A stretch of 18,830 bases of DNA, taken from assembly GCA_022844165.1 (NCBI GenBank), contig JALHMH010000045.1, positions 1 through 18,830 on the forward strand, in the 5' to 3' direction. The DNA comes from Lysobacterales bacterium. Lineage in GTDB: Bacteria; Pseudomonadota; Gammaproteobacteria; Xanthomonadales; SZUA-5. The position numbers and the translations under genes were made by a program. The notes under the pieces are model-generated. The model saw only the letters and a program-made list of their open reading frames with translations, was not told the origin of the DNA and made no database searches. Of this stretch, positions 8,347 through 18,830 are shown one piece after another; the stretch's first letter is position 1; each line of letters starts with the position of its first letter.

Positions 8347-8532
8347 ACGGGGCAGCGTGCGCGCTCATGGGGGTGCAGGGGTGAAAGCTGGCAAGCTTGC
8401 GCGGCAGCCGGGTGTCAGCTTGAACGGCTGGCGACTGCGCCGCCAGACCGGAACGGCGCAATGAGAACGAATAGCCATTCCAACGAGTTGTAACGCTGCG
8501 ATGCGCCGCCAGAAGGGTGCCACCTGCCCCGT
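8347..8532. repeat. MITE-like / structured intergenic element bounded by imperfect 31-bp inverted repeats
   Basis: 8347-8377 ACGGGGCAGCGTGCGCGCTCATGGGGGTGCA versus reverse complement of 8502-8532 ACGGGGCAGGTGGCACCCTTCTGGCGGCGCA (22/31 identical, first 9 perfect); several internal hairpins. Confidence 0.5.
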
Positions 8533-8633
8533 AGCGCACTCACCCGATGGGTGTATCGCCCAAACTGCTGAAAAGGCAATAGATACATGAACCTATGGGC
8601 CTGGAGAAGCGGTCAACCGAGGTTTTCAGGATC

Positions 8634-9557
8634 ATGACGCGCAAACCGCCGCCGCCTCGCCAGGACAATCCCGAAGATGCCGCACAGCGCATTGCGCGTT
8701 TTTGCGACTCACTGTGGGCCGAACGTGGTTTGGCCAAGGCATCGCTCGCCAGCTATGCAAGCGATCTGAATCTGCTCGCCGTTTTTCTGCGTACCCGGCA
8801 ACGCACATTGGACGATGTCAGCCGCCAGGAATTGTTCGACTATCTGGCCACTCGAATGAACGAGGGGCTGAAGCCGCGCTCGGCGGCGCGCCTACTGTCG
8901 GTGATGAAGCAATACTTCAACTGGGCTCGTGAGCAGGGCTTCCGCGACGATATCCCGAGCGCGGAACTGAGTTCACCGAAACTGCCGCGCGCCTTGCCGA
9001 AAGCACTGAGCGAATCGGAGGTTGTTTGCCTGCTCCGGGCGCCCGAGGTCTCTACGCCGCTTGGTTTGCGCGACAAAGCGATGCTCGAGTTGCTGTATGC
9101 ATCGGGACTTCGTGTATCGGAACTGGTGGCGCTGCGCAGCGAGCAAGTGAGTTTGGCGCAGGGCGTGTTGCGAATCCGCGGCAAAGGAAACAAGGATCGC
9201 CTGGTGCCGATGGGGGACGAGGCGCAGGCCTGGATCGAACGTTATTTGAGCGAAGGTCGCCCGTTGCTGCACGACAAACCCCAACCAGCCCTTTTCATCA
9301 CAACGCGCGGCAGCGCCATGACGCGCCAGGCTTTTTGGGCGTTGATCAAACGCTACGCAATCGTTGCCGGTGTGCGCGATTTATCGCCGCACGTGTTGCG
9401 GCATAGTTTTGCCACGCATCTTCTGAACCATGGTGCCGACTTGCGCGTCGTGCAGCTGTTGTTGGGACATAGCGATCTGTCGACAACGCAGATTTACACG
9501 CATGTGGCGCGCGAAGGACTCAAGCGCCTGCACCAGCAGCACCATCCTCGCGGATGA
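8634..9557 (+). CDS. xerD: Site-specific tyrosine recombinase XerD
   Basis: LWAERGLA..SYxSDL, RDKAMLELLYASGLRVSELV, GKGNKDRLVP, SPHVLRHSFATHLLNHGADLRVVQLLLGHSDLSTTQIYTHV, C-terminal HHPRG typical of XerD. Start 8634 or 8595. Confidence 0.95.
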   Translation: MTRKPPPPRQDNPEDAAQRIARFCDSLWAERGLAKASLASYASDLNLLAVFLRTRQRTLDDVSRQELFDYLATRMNEGLKPRSAARLLSVMKQYFNWAREQGFRDDIPSAELSSPKLPRALPKALSESEVVCLLRAPEVSTPLGLRDKAMLELLYASGLRVSELVALRSEQVSLAQGVLRIRGKGNKDRLVPMGDEAQAWIERYLSEGRPLLHDKPQPALFITTRGSAMTRQAFWALIKRYAIVAGVRDLSPHVLRHSFATHLLNHGADLRVVQLLLGHSDLSTTQIYTHVAREGLKRLHQQHHPRG

Positions 9558-11935
9558 ACATTCTCAGCGACGAAACTCAGGACACGCCGCGCGGCAACGA
9601 AGCGCCGCAACTGGAAGTGCTGGGGCCATTCAAGCTGATTGAATTGCTGGGGCGCGGCGGGATGGGCGCGGTGTACCTGGCCGAGCAGGATCACCCGCGG
9701 CGACGCGTCGCGTTGAAGCTGATGCGCAGCGAGCTTGTGGGCAGCGACGACCTGAGACGCTTTACGCGCGAGGCGGGCTTCCTGGCCAAACTGGCGCACC
9801 CAGCCATTGCGCGTGTGCTCGAAGCCGGCCATGTTCGCGGCGCACTGGGACCGATACCCTATCTTGCGATGGAGTATGTGCAAGGCACCGGCCTGATTCG
9901 GCACGCCGCCGCTCTGTCGCCCGTGGCGCGCATTCGGCTGCTGGCAGACATCTGCCGTGCCGTACAACATGCGCATGCCCGTGGCGTGATTCATCGGGAT
10001 CTGAAGCCCGACAACATTCTGGTCGACAGCAACGGTTTGCCGAAGATCCTCGATTTTGGGATCGCCAAAGCTGTGGAGGCCGAGGACGACGACCCGACGG
10101 CACCGCACACGATGGCGGGGCATGTCATTGGAACGCCGAACTACATGAGTCCCGAACAACTGGCGGGTGCCGCGATCGATCCGCGTACCGATGTATACAG
10201 CCTGGGCGCGATCGCCTATGAGGTCCTCAGTGGTGCACGCGTACGCGAGTTCGCGGGCCAATCGCTGGCAGAGGCACAAGCTGCGTTGCATCTGGCGCCG
10301 ACACGGCTGGCGAACCGCGCACCCGCTACGCGAGGCGATATCGATACGATCGTGATGAAGGCACTGGCCGCCGAGCCGGAGCGACGTTATCAAAGTGCCG
10401 CGGAGCTCGCCGACGACTTCGAACGGTACTTGACGCGACGCCCAATTCTCGCGCGTCCGCCCTCCTTCGCTTACAGCGCAGGGCGTTACCTGGTTCGCAA
10501 TTGGCTGGCGCTCAGTGTTGCCGGCATCGTGGTGGCAAGCCTGCTCGGCGCGACGTTGGTTTCGCTCGGATTTGCAAAAAGGGCCGAACGCGCGCGCGCA
10601 GAGGCCGAAACACAGGCGGCAGTTGCGCGCGAAGTCAATGGGTTCTTGCGCTCGATGCTCAGCGCCGCCAACCCGCGTGCGAGCGCGGACCGGCCGACAA
10701 CCTTGCTGGACATGGTCGACAGAGCCAGAGACGCATTGGCGCAGCGCAACGTGAGCGCTGCGGTCGAACTGGAAATTCGCCGCACGCTGCTGGATACCTA
10801 CCGCGGCCTCAGTCAGTCCGAACAGGCCCTGGCTCAAGCCGAGGTGATCCTGGCTCACGCCCAGAGTATCGAGGCGCAGATTGAGGCGCAGTTGCATCGA
10901 GCGGCGCTGCTTGGAGAATTGCAGCGGCAAACCGAGGTCGCCGCAACACTGACGACGGTGGAATCGCTGATCGCACAATTAGCGACTGTGCCACCGGAAA
11001 GCGCACGTAAACTGGCGCTGGAGCGCGCCCGATGGCACACTCGCGACGGACGCTTCAACGAGGCGCTCACTGCCTTCGACGAAGCACTTGCAATGGCGTC
11101 AGGCGAGCTACGTCGCGACGACCCCGAACAGTTCCCGATTCGCGCCGATCGCCTCAACGTGCTCGCTGACTTGGGTCAAATCAACGCTGCGATGACTGAG
11201 TTCGATGCACTGATCGCTGACGTCGAACGCGTCCAGGGCGCCGATCATCCGGAGACACTGATCCTGCGCAACGATCGTGCGACGCTGTTTCACGGCACTG
11301 GCGCCACCGCCAGAGCGGCAGCGGAAATGGAAACGATCGCTGCCGATGCCGCCCGCGTATTCGGTCCCGATCACGAATTTACGTTGACAACGTTGCACAA
11401 CCTGGCGGCTGTCGAAATTGGACGTGGAAAACGACAACGGGCGCTGGAGTTGCTCAGCGAAAAACGCCGCCGGATGCAAGGCAGGTACGCCCCCGATCAC
11501 CTGAAACTGATCAATACCGAGTCGTCGCTCGCGGTTGTGGCCGCGCAACTCGGGGATGCCGACGGCGCGGAAGCCATCTATGTGGATGTGCTCAAGCGCT
11601 GGCCCGAAACCAAGAGCGGTTTCCCCGCGGAAATCGCAACCGCTCTGTTCAACCTCGCGCGTCTGCGCGCCGACCAAAAGCGTTGGCCACAAGCCCGCGC
11701 CGATTTTGAAACCCTCATCCGACGTATGGAGCAGGCAAAGCTCAGCGACTCCGTGTCGCTGGCACGATACCGCGTCGAGTTTGCCAGTCTGCTCCTGATC
11801 CACGAAAACGATGTGAGCGCCGCTCGTCGTCAACTGGACTTCGCCCACGCCAAAATCGAGCGAGAGCTGCCCGTCGATCATCCATCGCACAAGCTTGCGG
11901 ACCAGGTTGCGGCTCGCCTGGGCGAGTCGTTCTGA
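9554..11935 (+). CDS. Hanks-type Ser/Thr protein kinase with transmembrane helix and C-terminal TPR-like region
   Basis: LGRGGMGAVY, VALK, HRDLKPDN, ILDFG, GTPNYMSPEQ, DVYSLG, PERRYQSA; TM WLALSVAGIVVASLLGATLVSL; repeats of the GxDHPxTLxxxNxLA type. ATGA overlap with xerD. Confidence 0.93.
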   Translation: MNILSDETQDTPRGNEAPQLEVLGPFKLIELLGRGGMGAVYLAEQDHPRRRVALKLMRSELVGSDDLRRFTREAGFLAKLAHPAIARVLEAGHVRGALGPIPYLAMEYVQGTGLIRHAAALSPVARIRLLADICRAVQHAHARGVIHRDLKPDNILVDSNGLPKILDFGIAKAVEAEDDDPTAPHTMAGHVIGTPNYMSPEQLAGAAIDPRTDVYSLGAIAYEVLSGARVREFAGQSLAEAQAALHLAPTRLANRAPATRGDIDTIVMKALAAEPERRYQSAAELADDFERYLTRRPILARPPSFAYSAGRYLVRNWLALSVAGIVVASLLGATLVSLGFAKRAERARAEAETQAAVAREVNGFLRSMLSAANPRASADRPTTLLDMVDRARDALAQRNVSAAVELEIRRTLLDTYRGLSQSEQALAQAEVILAHAQSIEAQIEAQLHRAALLGELQRQTEVAATLTTVESLIAQLATVPPESARKLALERARWHTRDGRFNEALTAFDEALAMASGELRRDDPEQFPIRADRLNVLADLGQINAAMTEFDALIADVERVQGADHPETLILRNDRATLFHGTGATARAAAEMETIAADAARVFGPDHEFTLTTLHNLAAVEIGRGKRQRALELLSEKRRRMQGRYAPDHLKLINTESSLAVVAAQLGDADGAEAIYVDVLKRWPETKSGFPAEIATALFNLARLRADQKRWPQARADFETLIRRMEQAKLSDSVSLARYRVEFASLLLIHENDVSAARRQLDFAHAKIERELPVDHPSHKLADQVAARLGESF

Positions 11936-11968
11936 TGGCGTCACGCGAAGCGCGCTTTGGCCCGAACA

Positions 11969-12454
11969 TCATTTTCCTAACGCCAGTTCGATCGCATTGA
12001 TCAACTCTGGGGCTTCGGGCTTCACTGTCGGCGCAAAGCGGCGCACCACGTTCCCATCACGGCCGATCAGGAATTTTTCGAAATTCCAGCTGATGTCTCC
12101 CGGAAAACTGGCGTTCGTCCCCGCGAGCCATTCGTACAAAGGATGACGATCTGCGCCATTGACATCGATTTTCCCGGACATCGGGAACGTCACGTCATAG
12201 TTGATTGTACAGAACTGCTGAATCTCAGCCTCAGTGCCGGGCTCTTGACCGGCGAATTGATTGCACGGTACACCGAGCACCTGGAATCCGCGGTCGTTGA
12301 ACTGGCGGTGCAGCGCTTCCAGCCCCCGGTACTGTGGTGTCAGACCGCAGCGACTGGCCACATTGACCACCAGCACCACTTCTCCCTCGAAACGGTCCAA
12401 TGGCAAATCCCAACGGTCGATGCCGGGAAGCTTGAAGTCTCTGATGTGCGCCAT
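11969..12454 (-). CDS. Glutathione peroxidase (Cys-type, BtuE/Gpo family)
   Basis: VVNVASRCGLTPQY, GVPCNQFAGQEPG, WNFEKFLI; start at ATG 12454 (MAHIRDF). Confidence 0.93.
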   Translation of the reverse strand: MAHIRDFKLPGIDRWDLPLDRFEGEVVLVVNVASRCGLTPQYRGLEALHRQFNDRGFQVLGVPCNQFAGQEPGTEAEIQQFCTINYDVTFPMSGKIDVNGADRHPLYEWLAGTNASFPGDISWNFEKFLIGRDGNVVRRFAPTVKPEAPELINAIELALGK

Positions 12455-12518
12455 GTTTCGTTCGAGTCGCGATTGAGGGCGCGAATCATGCGCCTCGTTT
12501 CGCGGGCTTGCCAATGTC

Positions 12519-13468
12519 TCAAGCGACATCGAATCGCAGCGGCGCGACGGCCGCCAATTCCTCGCTGCCTGCCAGGAACTGATGCAAACGATCGACACCC
12601 ATCGCAACCCCGCAGCAACTGGGCAGCATCGGCAAAGACGCGAGCAAACGCTCATCCAGCAAGGGCAGCGCCCTGGCGCGCGTCAGGCGCACGCTCAGAT
12701 CGTGTTCGAAGCGCCGACGTTGTTCCGCGCAATCACGCAGCTCATCGTACCCATTGGCGATCTCCAGCGAACCTAGAAAAAGCTCGAATCGCTGTGCTAC
12801 ATGGACGCCGCCGACGCGTTCAACCCTGGCCAATGCCGCCTGCGCGGGCGGGAAATGGTAGACAAAACGTGCCGTGTCGTTCGCGAATGTTGGCTCGATC
12901 TGATGCGTACGAATCACGTCAAGGGCGTCGTCGCGCGACAGCCCCTCCGGATCGATACCACAGGCGCGCGCCCGAGCGAAAACCTCTTGGTCGCTGGCGA
13001 GCCAGGGATCCAGGCCGGATGCCACGAATAACGTCCGGTAGTGAATCCGCTGCACAGCGCCAAGCGTACGACCGAACGCCTGAGCAACGCGGCGAACCAG
13101 TGCTTCGACCTCGTCCATCAGCTGATCCAGCCCGATTCCGACGCGATACCACTCGAGCATCGTAAACTCTGGATTGTGCCGACGCCCATACTCGCCATTG
13201 CGGAAAACCGGACCAATCTCGAAACAATCTCCAATCCCGGCCGCCAGAAGTCGCTTCAACGCAAACTCGGGCGAGGTTCGCAACCAGCGTTGCCCGGCCC
13301 CTCCGCTCGCCGGTCCGACATAGCTGGTCTCAAAGCTCTCGATATTCGGATCCGTATTGCCTGCTGAAGATAGGATTGGCGTAACGACTTCGACGGCACC
13401 TGTGTCCGCAAAATGCGCTCGTAGCGCAGCCAACAGGCGCGCTCGCTCGGCGTAAGCCGCCAGCCGCA

Positions 13469-13469
<1 letters not shown>
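12519..13469 (-). CDS. epmA: EF-P lysine aminoacylase EpmA/GenX
   Basis: LRTSPEFALKRLLAAG, FRNGE.GRRHNPEFTMLEWYR, RFELF, EIANGYDEL, GVAMGVDRL; lacks a LysRS anticodon domain; start overlaps ligA stop. Confidence 0.95.
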
Positions 13470-15559
<2,090 letters not shown>

Positions 15560-16264
15560 TCACCAATTGGGTTTGATTTGTAGAGCTTCGCGTTTGCGAT
15601 CGTAAGCACGCAGTTCATCGCGCAACGACGCGATACGTTGACGACCCAGCGGTGTACGCTGATCGTCGAGCACCTGGGCTTGCAGCAGACCGCCCAGCCG
15701 ATTCGCGGCCGCCTGCATCATGTCCCATGCCTCAAGGGCAGAAACCGGCCCTGGCAAAGTCATGAAAATTACCACGCCCGGTGTGCTGATCTGATCCATC
15801 GAGGCCAGATCAAAATGCCCCGGACGCACCATGTTGGCCATGCTGAATACCGGCCCCAACTCGGGTTTGGTATCGACCAGCCGGTGATAAATGTTCAAGT
15901 GGCCGTGAACCATGCCGGCTTTCTCTGCCGCCACCATCAAATCGCTGCCATGAATCTCGAATCCCTCCGCAGCCACTACGTACAACGTGACGATCCGTTC
16001 ATGGCTCTGTTCGTCGCGCTGCCCCGGTTGCGGCGAACTCTCATCGTCAACTTCCCGCTGGTCAGACTCTGGAGTCGCCGCAAAATCGCCGTCATCCAAA
16101 GCGGTGAACGATGGCTCGTCCGGACTATCCAATACAGGTTCGCGCCGCGCCGAAGAGGCGCGCGGCTTCGGCGCATCCGGTCGCTTACGCCCGAACCAGT
16201 AGATGGCCGCCAAAATCAGCAGGCCCAGGAGAATCAACACAACGCGAAGTTCGGTGGCAGTCAT
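15560..16264 (-). CDS. zipA: Cell division protein ZipA
   Basis: N-terminal anchor ELRVVLILLGLLILAAIYWFG, acidic/Pro linker, C-terminal IYHR..FSMANMVRPGHFD..TPGVVIFMTLP domain; directly upstream of ligA. Start ATG 16264. Confidence 0.92.
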   Translation of the reverse strand: MTATELRVVLILLGLLILAAIYWFGRKRPDAPKPRASSARREPVLDSPDEPSFTALDDGDFAATPESDQREVDDESSPQPGQRDEQSHERIVTLYVVAAEGFEIHGSDLMVAAEKAGMVHGHLNIYHRLVDTKPELGPVFSMANMVRPGHFDLASMDQISTPGVVIFMTLPGPVSALEAWDMMQAAANRLGGLLQAQVLDDQRTPLGRQRIASLRDELRAYDRKREALQIKPNW

Positions 16265-16461
16265 CGACAAGGTCCCATGCTCAAAGCAAAGCATACGCGG
16301 GCGCCAGCGTATCTGTTAAACCTCAAGTGCAAGCGAGTTTGTCTTGTTCTTCGCGAAAGTCGCCATTTTCGGTACGCAAGAGGGTCCGGTATCGTTATCA
16401 TGAGTCACTCGGCGCCGACCTTGGGCATACTCGACGCCGCCAACCAAGGGGTTGTTCCAGC

Positions 16462-17439
16462 GTGTCATTTCTCGATCGACTCAAGCGCGAAGCGGATCAG
16501 CAAAAGGCTCAGGCCGATGTCGTCTCGCAAGAACGAGACGTGCGCAGCGCGCTCTACAAAACCGAGATCGAACCGCGCATGCTCACGATGGCTACCTTCC
16601 TTGAAGGGTTGGCGGCCACGTTGATTCAGGTTCGCCCGTCGATTGTCGTGAAGATGCCAATCCAGGGTTATGGCGATCTGGGCGCGCAACCGTTTTGGGA
16701 TTATCGCGTCGATCACGAACGCCGCCACCGCGGTTTTTTGATCACGATGCGCTGGACCTTGCGCGTCGATCCGGAACGCACCCCGATCGTACGCGCGGAA
16801 GGCGCCACCAAAGTCAGGACCTTGACCTCGGTGTTCCGCAACTGTCAGCTGGCAGGCATCAAAGAAGAGAAACGCGCGCCCAACGGCGAAATCTCGATCG
16901 CGACGTTTCATGCTCGCGGCATGATCAAAGCGGAAATGCAGGCCACCATCACCGCCGAAGATCCGGTGCTTCGCCTCGTGTTCAACAACGCCAGTTGGCT
17001 TGGTTCTTCTCGACGGCAGGTTCCCTGGCAGCAAATCGATGAGGCTCTGTTCGATCGTGTCGCCCGCTTCATTGCGCGCGAAGACGATTCGCTGTTCACC
17101 GAAGAACTCCCGGCGGCTTTGCGCGCGAGTCTGCGCGGCGAGACTGACGCCGTCGATACGCCAAAGAACACCTCCTGGATGGATCGCAATCATCCGGAGC
17201 CAACGCCTGCTGCGCCACCACCGCCTTCCGCGCCGAAGCCAGCGGCTCAGAAGGACTCGGAGTTCGCTCCGATAGCCTCAGACATTGCGTACGTGCCGAG
17301 CATGATCGCCGCACCGCCACCACCAGATGCCGGCGAAATGATCCCGATCGATCAAACCAAGCTCGAAGCTGCCTCTTTCATGATGCGTATGAACGTGACG
17401 CTTTCGAAGCTGCGGGACGACGAACCCGACAAGTCCTGA
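16462..17439 (+). CDS. Hypothetical protein, ~325 aa, charged helical N-terminus and Pro/Ala-rich C-terminal tail
   Basis: Probable GTG start 16462 (MSFLDRLKREADQQ) with AAGGGG upstream; the ORF-track extension to 16111 overlaps zipA antisense. Protein-like composition; ends 5 nt before the HDAC gene. Confidence 0.75.
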   Translation: MSFLDRLKREADQQKAQADVVSQERDVRSALYKTEIEPRMLTMATFLEGLAATLIQVRPSIVVKMPIQGYGDLGAQPFWDYRVDHERRHRGFLITMRWTLRVDPERTPIVRAEGATKVRTLTSVFRNCQLAGIKEEKRAPNGEISIATFHARGMIKAEMQATITAEDPVLRLVFNNASWLGSSRRQVPWQQIDEALFDRVARFIAREDDSLFTEELPAALRASLRGETDAVDTPKNTSWMDRNHPEPTPAAPPPPSAPKPAAQKDSEFAPIASDIAYVPSMIAAPPPPDAGEMIPIDQTKLEAASFMMRMNVTLSKLRDDEPDKS

Positions 17440-17444
17440 ACGCG

Positions 17445-18272
17445 ATGTTCGACGTCTTTTATGCCGATGCGATGCTCGCGCCGGCTCAGGCGATCAGCCC
17501 AAGCGCGCATAAACCCAAACTGGTCGTGGAATCCTGGCAGCAACTCGCGCCACATCTGCAAATCGCCACGCCTGAGCCGGTGACGCGCGAACAACTCGCA
17601 CGAGCACACGACGAGCGCTATGTCGAAGAGATTTTTGCCGGCGTCGCGCGCAACGGATTTGGCAATTGCGATGCAGCGGTCGCTGCATCCTTGCCGCATA
17701 CCTGCGGTGCCATGTTGAGCGCAGCGCGCGCGGCGTGGAAAACGGGCAGTGTTGCGATTGCGCCTTGTTCGGGCTTTCACCATGCGAAGTTCGCACAAGC
17801 GGGCGGCTTCTGTACTTTCAATGGCCTGATGGTCGCCGCCCTTGCGCTGTTGGGTGAAGGCGCAGCGCGGATCGGTATCCTGGATGCCGACATGCACTAC
17901 GGCGATGGCACCGACGACATCCTGGCTGAACTCGGCGAACTACGCGTTGAGCACGTCACGCTCGGTGCCGACTACCGGCGGCCGAAACATGCGGCGACGT
18001 TCTTCGCCGCGCTGCCACTCATCATGCGCCGTTTCGAGAGCTGCGATGTGTTGCTCTATCAAGCCGGCGCGGATCCCCATATCGATGATCCGCTCGGCGG
18101 CTGGCTGACGACTGACGAGCTGCTAAGGCGCGATCTGGAAGTCTTCGGCGCATGCCGGACGATGCACCTGCCGATTGCCTGGAATCTGGCCGGTGGCTAT
18201 CAATCGCCGCTGCGCAAGGTACTGGATATCCACGACAACACGCTACGCGCGACGATGCAGGTTTTCGGCTGA
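17445..18272 (+). CDS. Histone deacetylase family (Zn-dependent deacylase) protein
   Basis: AHDERYV, GFHHA, GGFCTFN, ILDADMHYGDG, YQAGADPHIDDPLG, LAGGY. Confidence 0.93.
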   Translation: MFDVFYADAMLAPAQAISPSAHKPKLVVESWQQLAPHLQIATPEPVTREQLARAHDERYVEEIFAGVARNGFGNCDAAVAASLPHTCGAMLSAARAAWKTGSVAIAPCSGFHHAKFAQAGGFCTFNGLMVAALALLGEGAARIGILDADMHYGDGTDDILAELGELRVEHVTLGADYRRPKHAATFFAALPLIMRRFESCDVLLYQAGADPHIDDPLGGWLTTDELLRRDLEVFGACRTMHLPIAWNLAGGYQSPLRKVLDIHDNTLRATMQVFG

Positions 18273-18302
18273 TCTGCGCTTCCGATCCACTTTTTGAGCG
18301 AT

Positions 18303-18830
18303 CGGCATCGCCGCTGGGCGTTGTGCTCGGCACACGCCTGCGGCGTGCTCTGGCCAGTTCGCCCGGCCCAGCGGCATCGCCGCTGGGCGTTGTGCTCGGC
18401 ACGCGCCTGCGGCGTGCTCTGGCCAGTTCGCCCGGCCCAGCGGCATCGCCGCTGGGCGTTGTGCTCGGCACACGCCTGCGGCGTGCTCTGGCCAGTTCGC
18501 CCGGCCCAGCGGCATCGCCGCTGGGCGTTGTGCTCGGCACACGCCTGCGGCGTGCTCTGGCCAGTTCGCCCGGCCCAGCGGCATAGCCGCTGGGCGTTGT
18601 GCTCGGCACACGCCTGCGGCGTGCTCTGGCCAGTTCGCCCGGCCCAGCGGCATAGCCGCTGGGCGTTCGGCTCGGCACACGCCTGCGGCGTGCTCTGGCC
18701 AGTTCGCCCGGCCCAGCGGCATAGCCGCTGGGCGTTGTGCTCGGCACACGCCTGCGGCGTGCTCTGGCCAGTTCGCCCGGCCCAGCGGCATAGCCGCTGG
18801 GCGTTCGGCTCGGCACACGCCTGCGGCGTG
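18303..18830. repeat. 69-bp tandem repeat array, palindrome-rich (REP/BIME-like), 7 full units plus 45 bp, truncated by window end
   Basis: Unit CGGCAT[C/A]GCCGCTGGGCGTT[GT/CG]GCTCGGCAC[A/G]CGCCTGCGGCGTGCTCTGGCCAGTTCGCCCGGCCCAG starting at 18303, 18372, 18441, 18510, 18579, 18648, 18717, 18786. Confidence 0.97.

Noticed and set aside
8281-8539. Small ORFs of 70 and 66 aa in the intergenic region
   Set aside because: No clear RBS or recognisable motif; they overlap the inverted-repeat element.
8634-9557. Prophage, island or integron integrase
   Set aside because: Sequence is canonical XerD (HHPRG end, no IntI insertion); no phage genes, tRNA att site or attC cassette array seen.
11969-12454. 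Selenocysteine glutathione peroxidase
   Set aside because: Active-site codon is Cys (TGC) in NVASRCG; no in-frame TGA.
18022-18818. Repeat-protein ORFs (264, 191 and 144 aa) across the 69-bp array
   Set aside because: Open frames follow from a GC-rich unit of 23 codons; they overlap the HDAC gene and have no recognisable domain. A minus-strand gene entering from beyond the window cannot be fully excluded.
18303-18830. CRISPR or guide-RNA array
   Set aside because: Units are nearly identical along their whole length; no unique spacers and no cas genes in the window.

Overview
High-GC (roughly 60-65% by eye) bacterial chromosomal segment, most consistent with a Xanthomonadales/Rhodanobacteraceae-like gammaproteobacterium (inferred from zipA-ligA-epmA, phaB-phaR, RDD near xerD, and a secreted protein ending in an LFANGFE motif). 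Most of the window is housekeeping: gloB, phaR, phaB, RDD, xerD, glutathione peroxidase, epmA, ligA, zipA and an HDAC-family deacylase. Accessory content: (1) at the left edge, a translationally coupled minus-strand operon of a DUF2235/Tle1-like alpha/beta hydrolase, a caspase-like C14 peptidase and an uncalled ORF running off the window; the N-terminus of that ORF resembles the caspase C-terminal domain, making this the best candidate for an undescribed system (protease-gated defence/cell-death module with a homotypic adaptor); (2) a large secreted beta-helix protein; (3) a 520-bp structured intergenic region with a MITE-like inverted-repeat element and a solo fragment of the terminal repeat; (4) an orphan membrane Ser/Thr kinase-TPR protein coupled to xerD; (5) a 69-bp palindrome-rich tandem array (7 full copies plus 1 partial) at the right edge. 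All family assignments are from motif recognition by eye; no searches were run.
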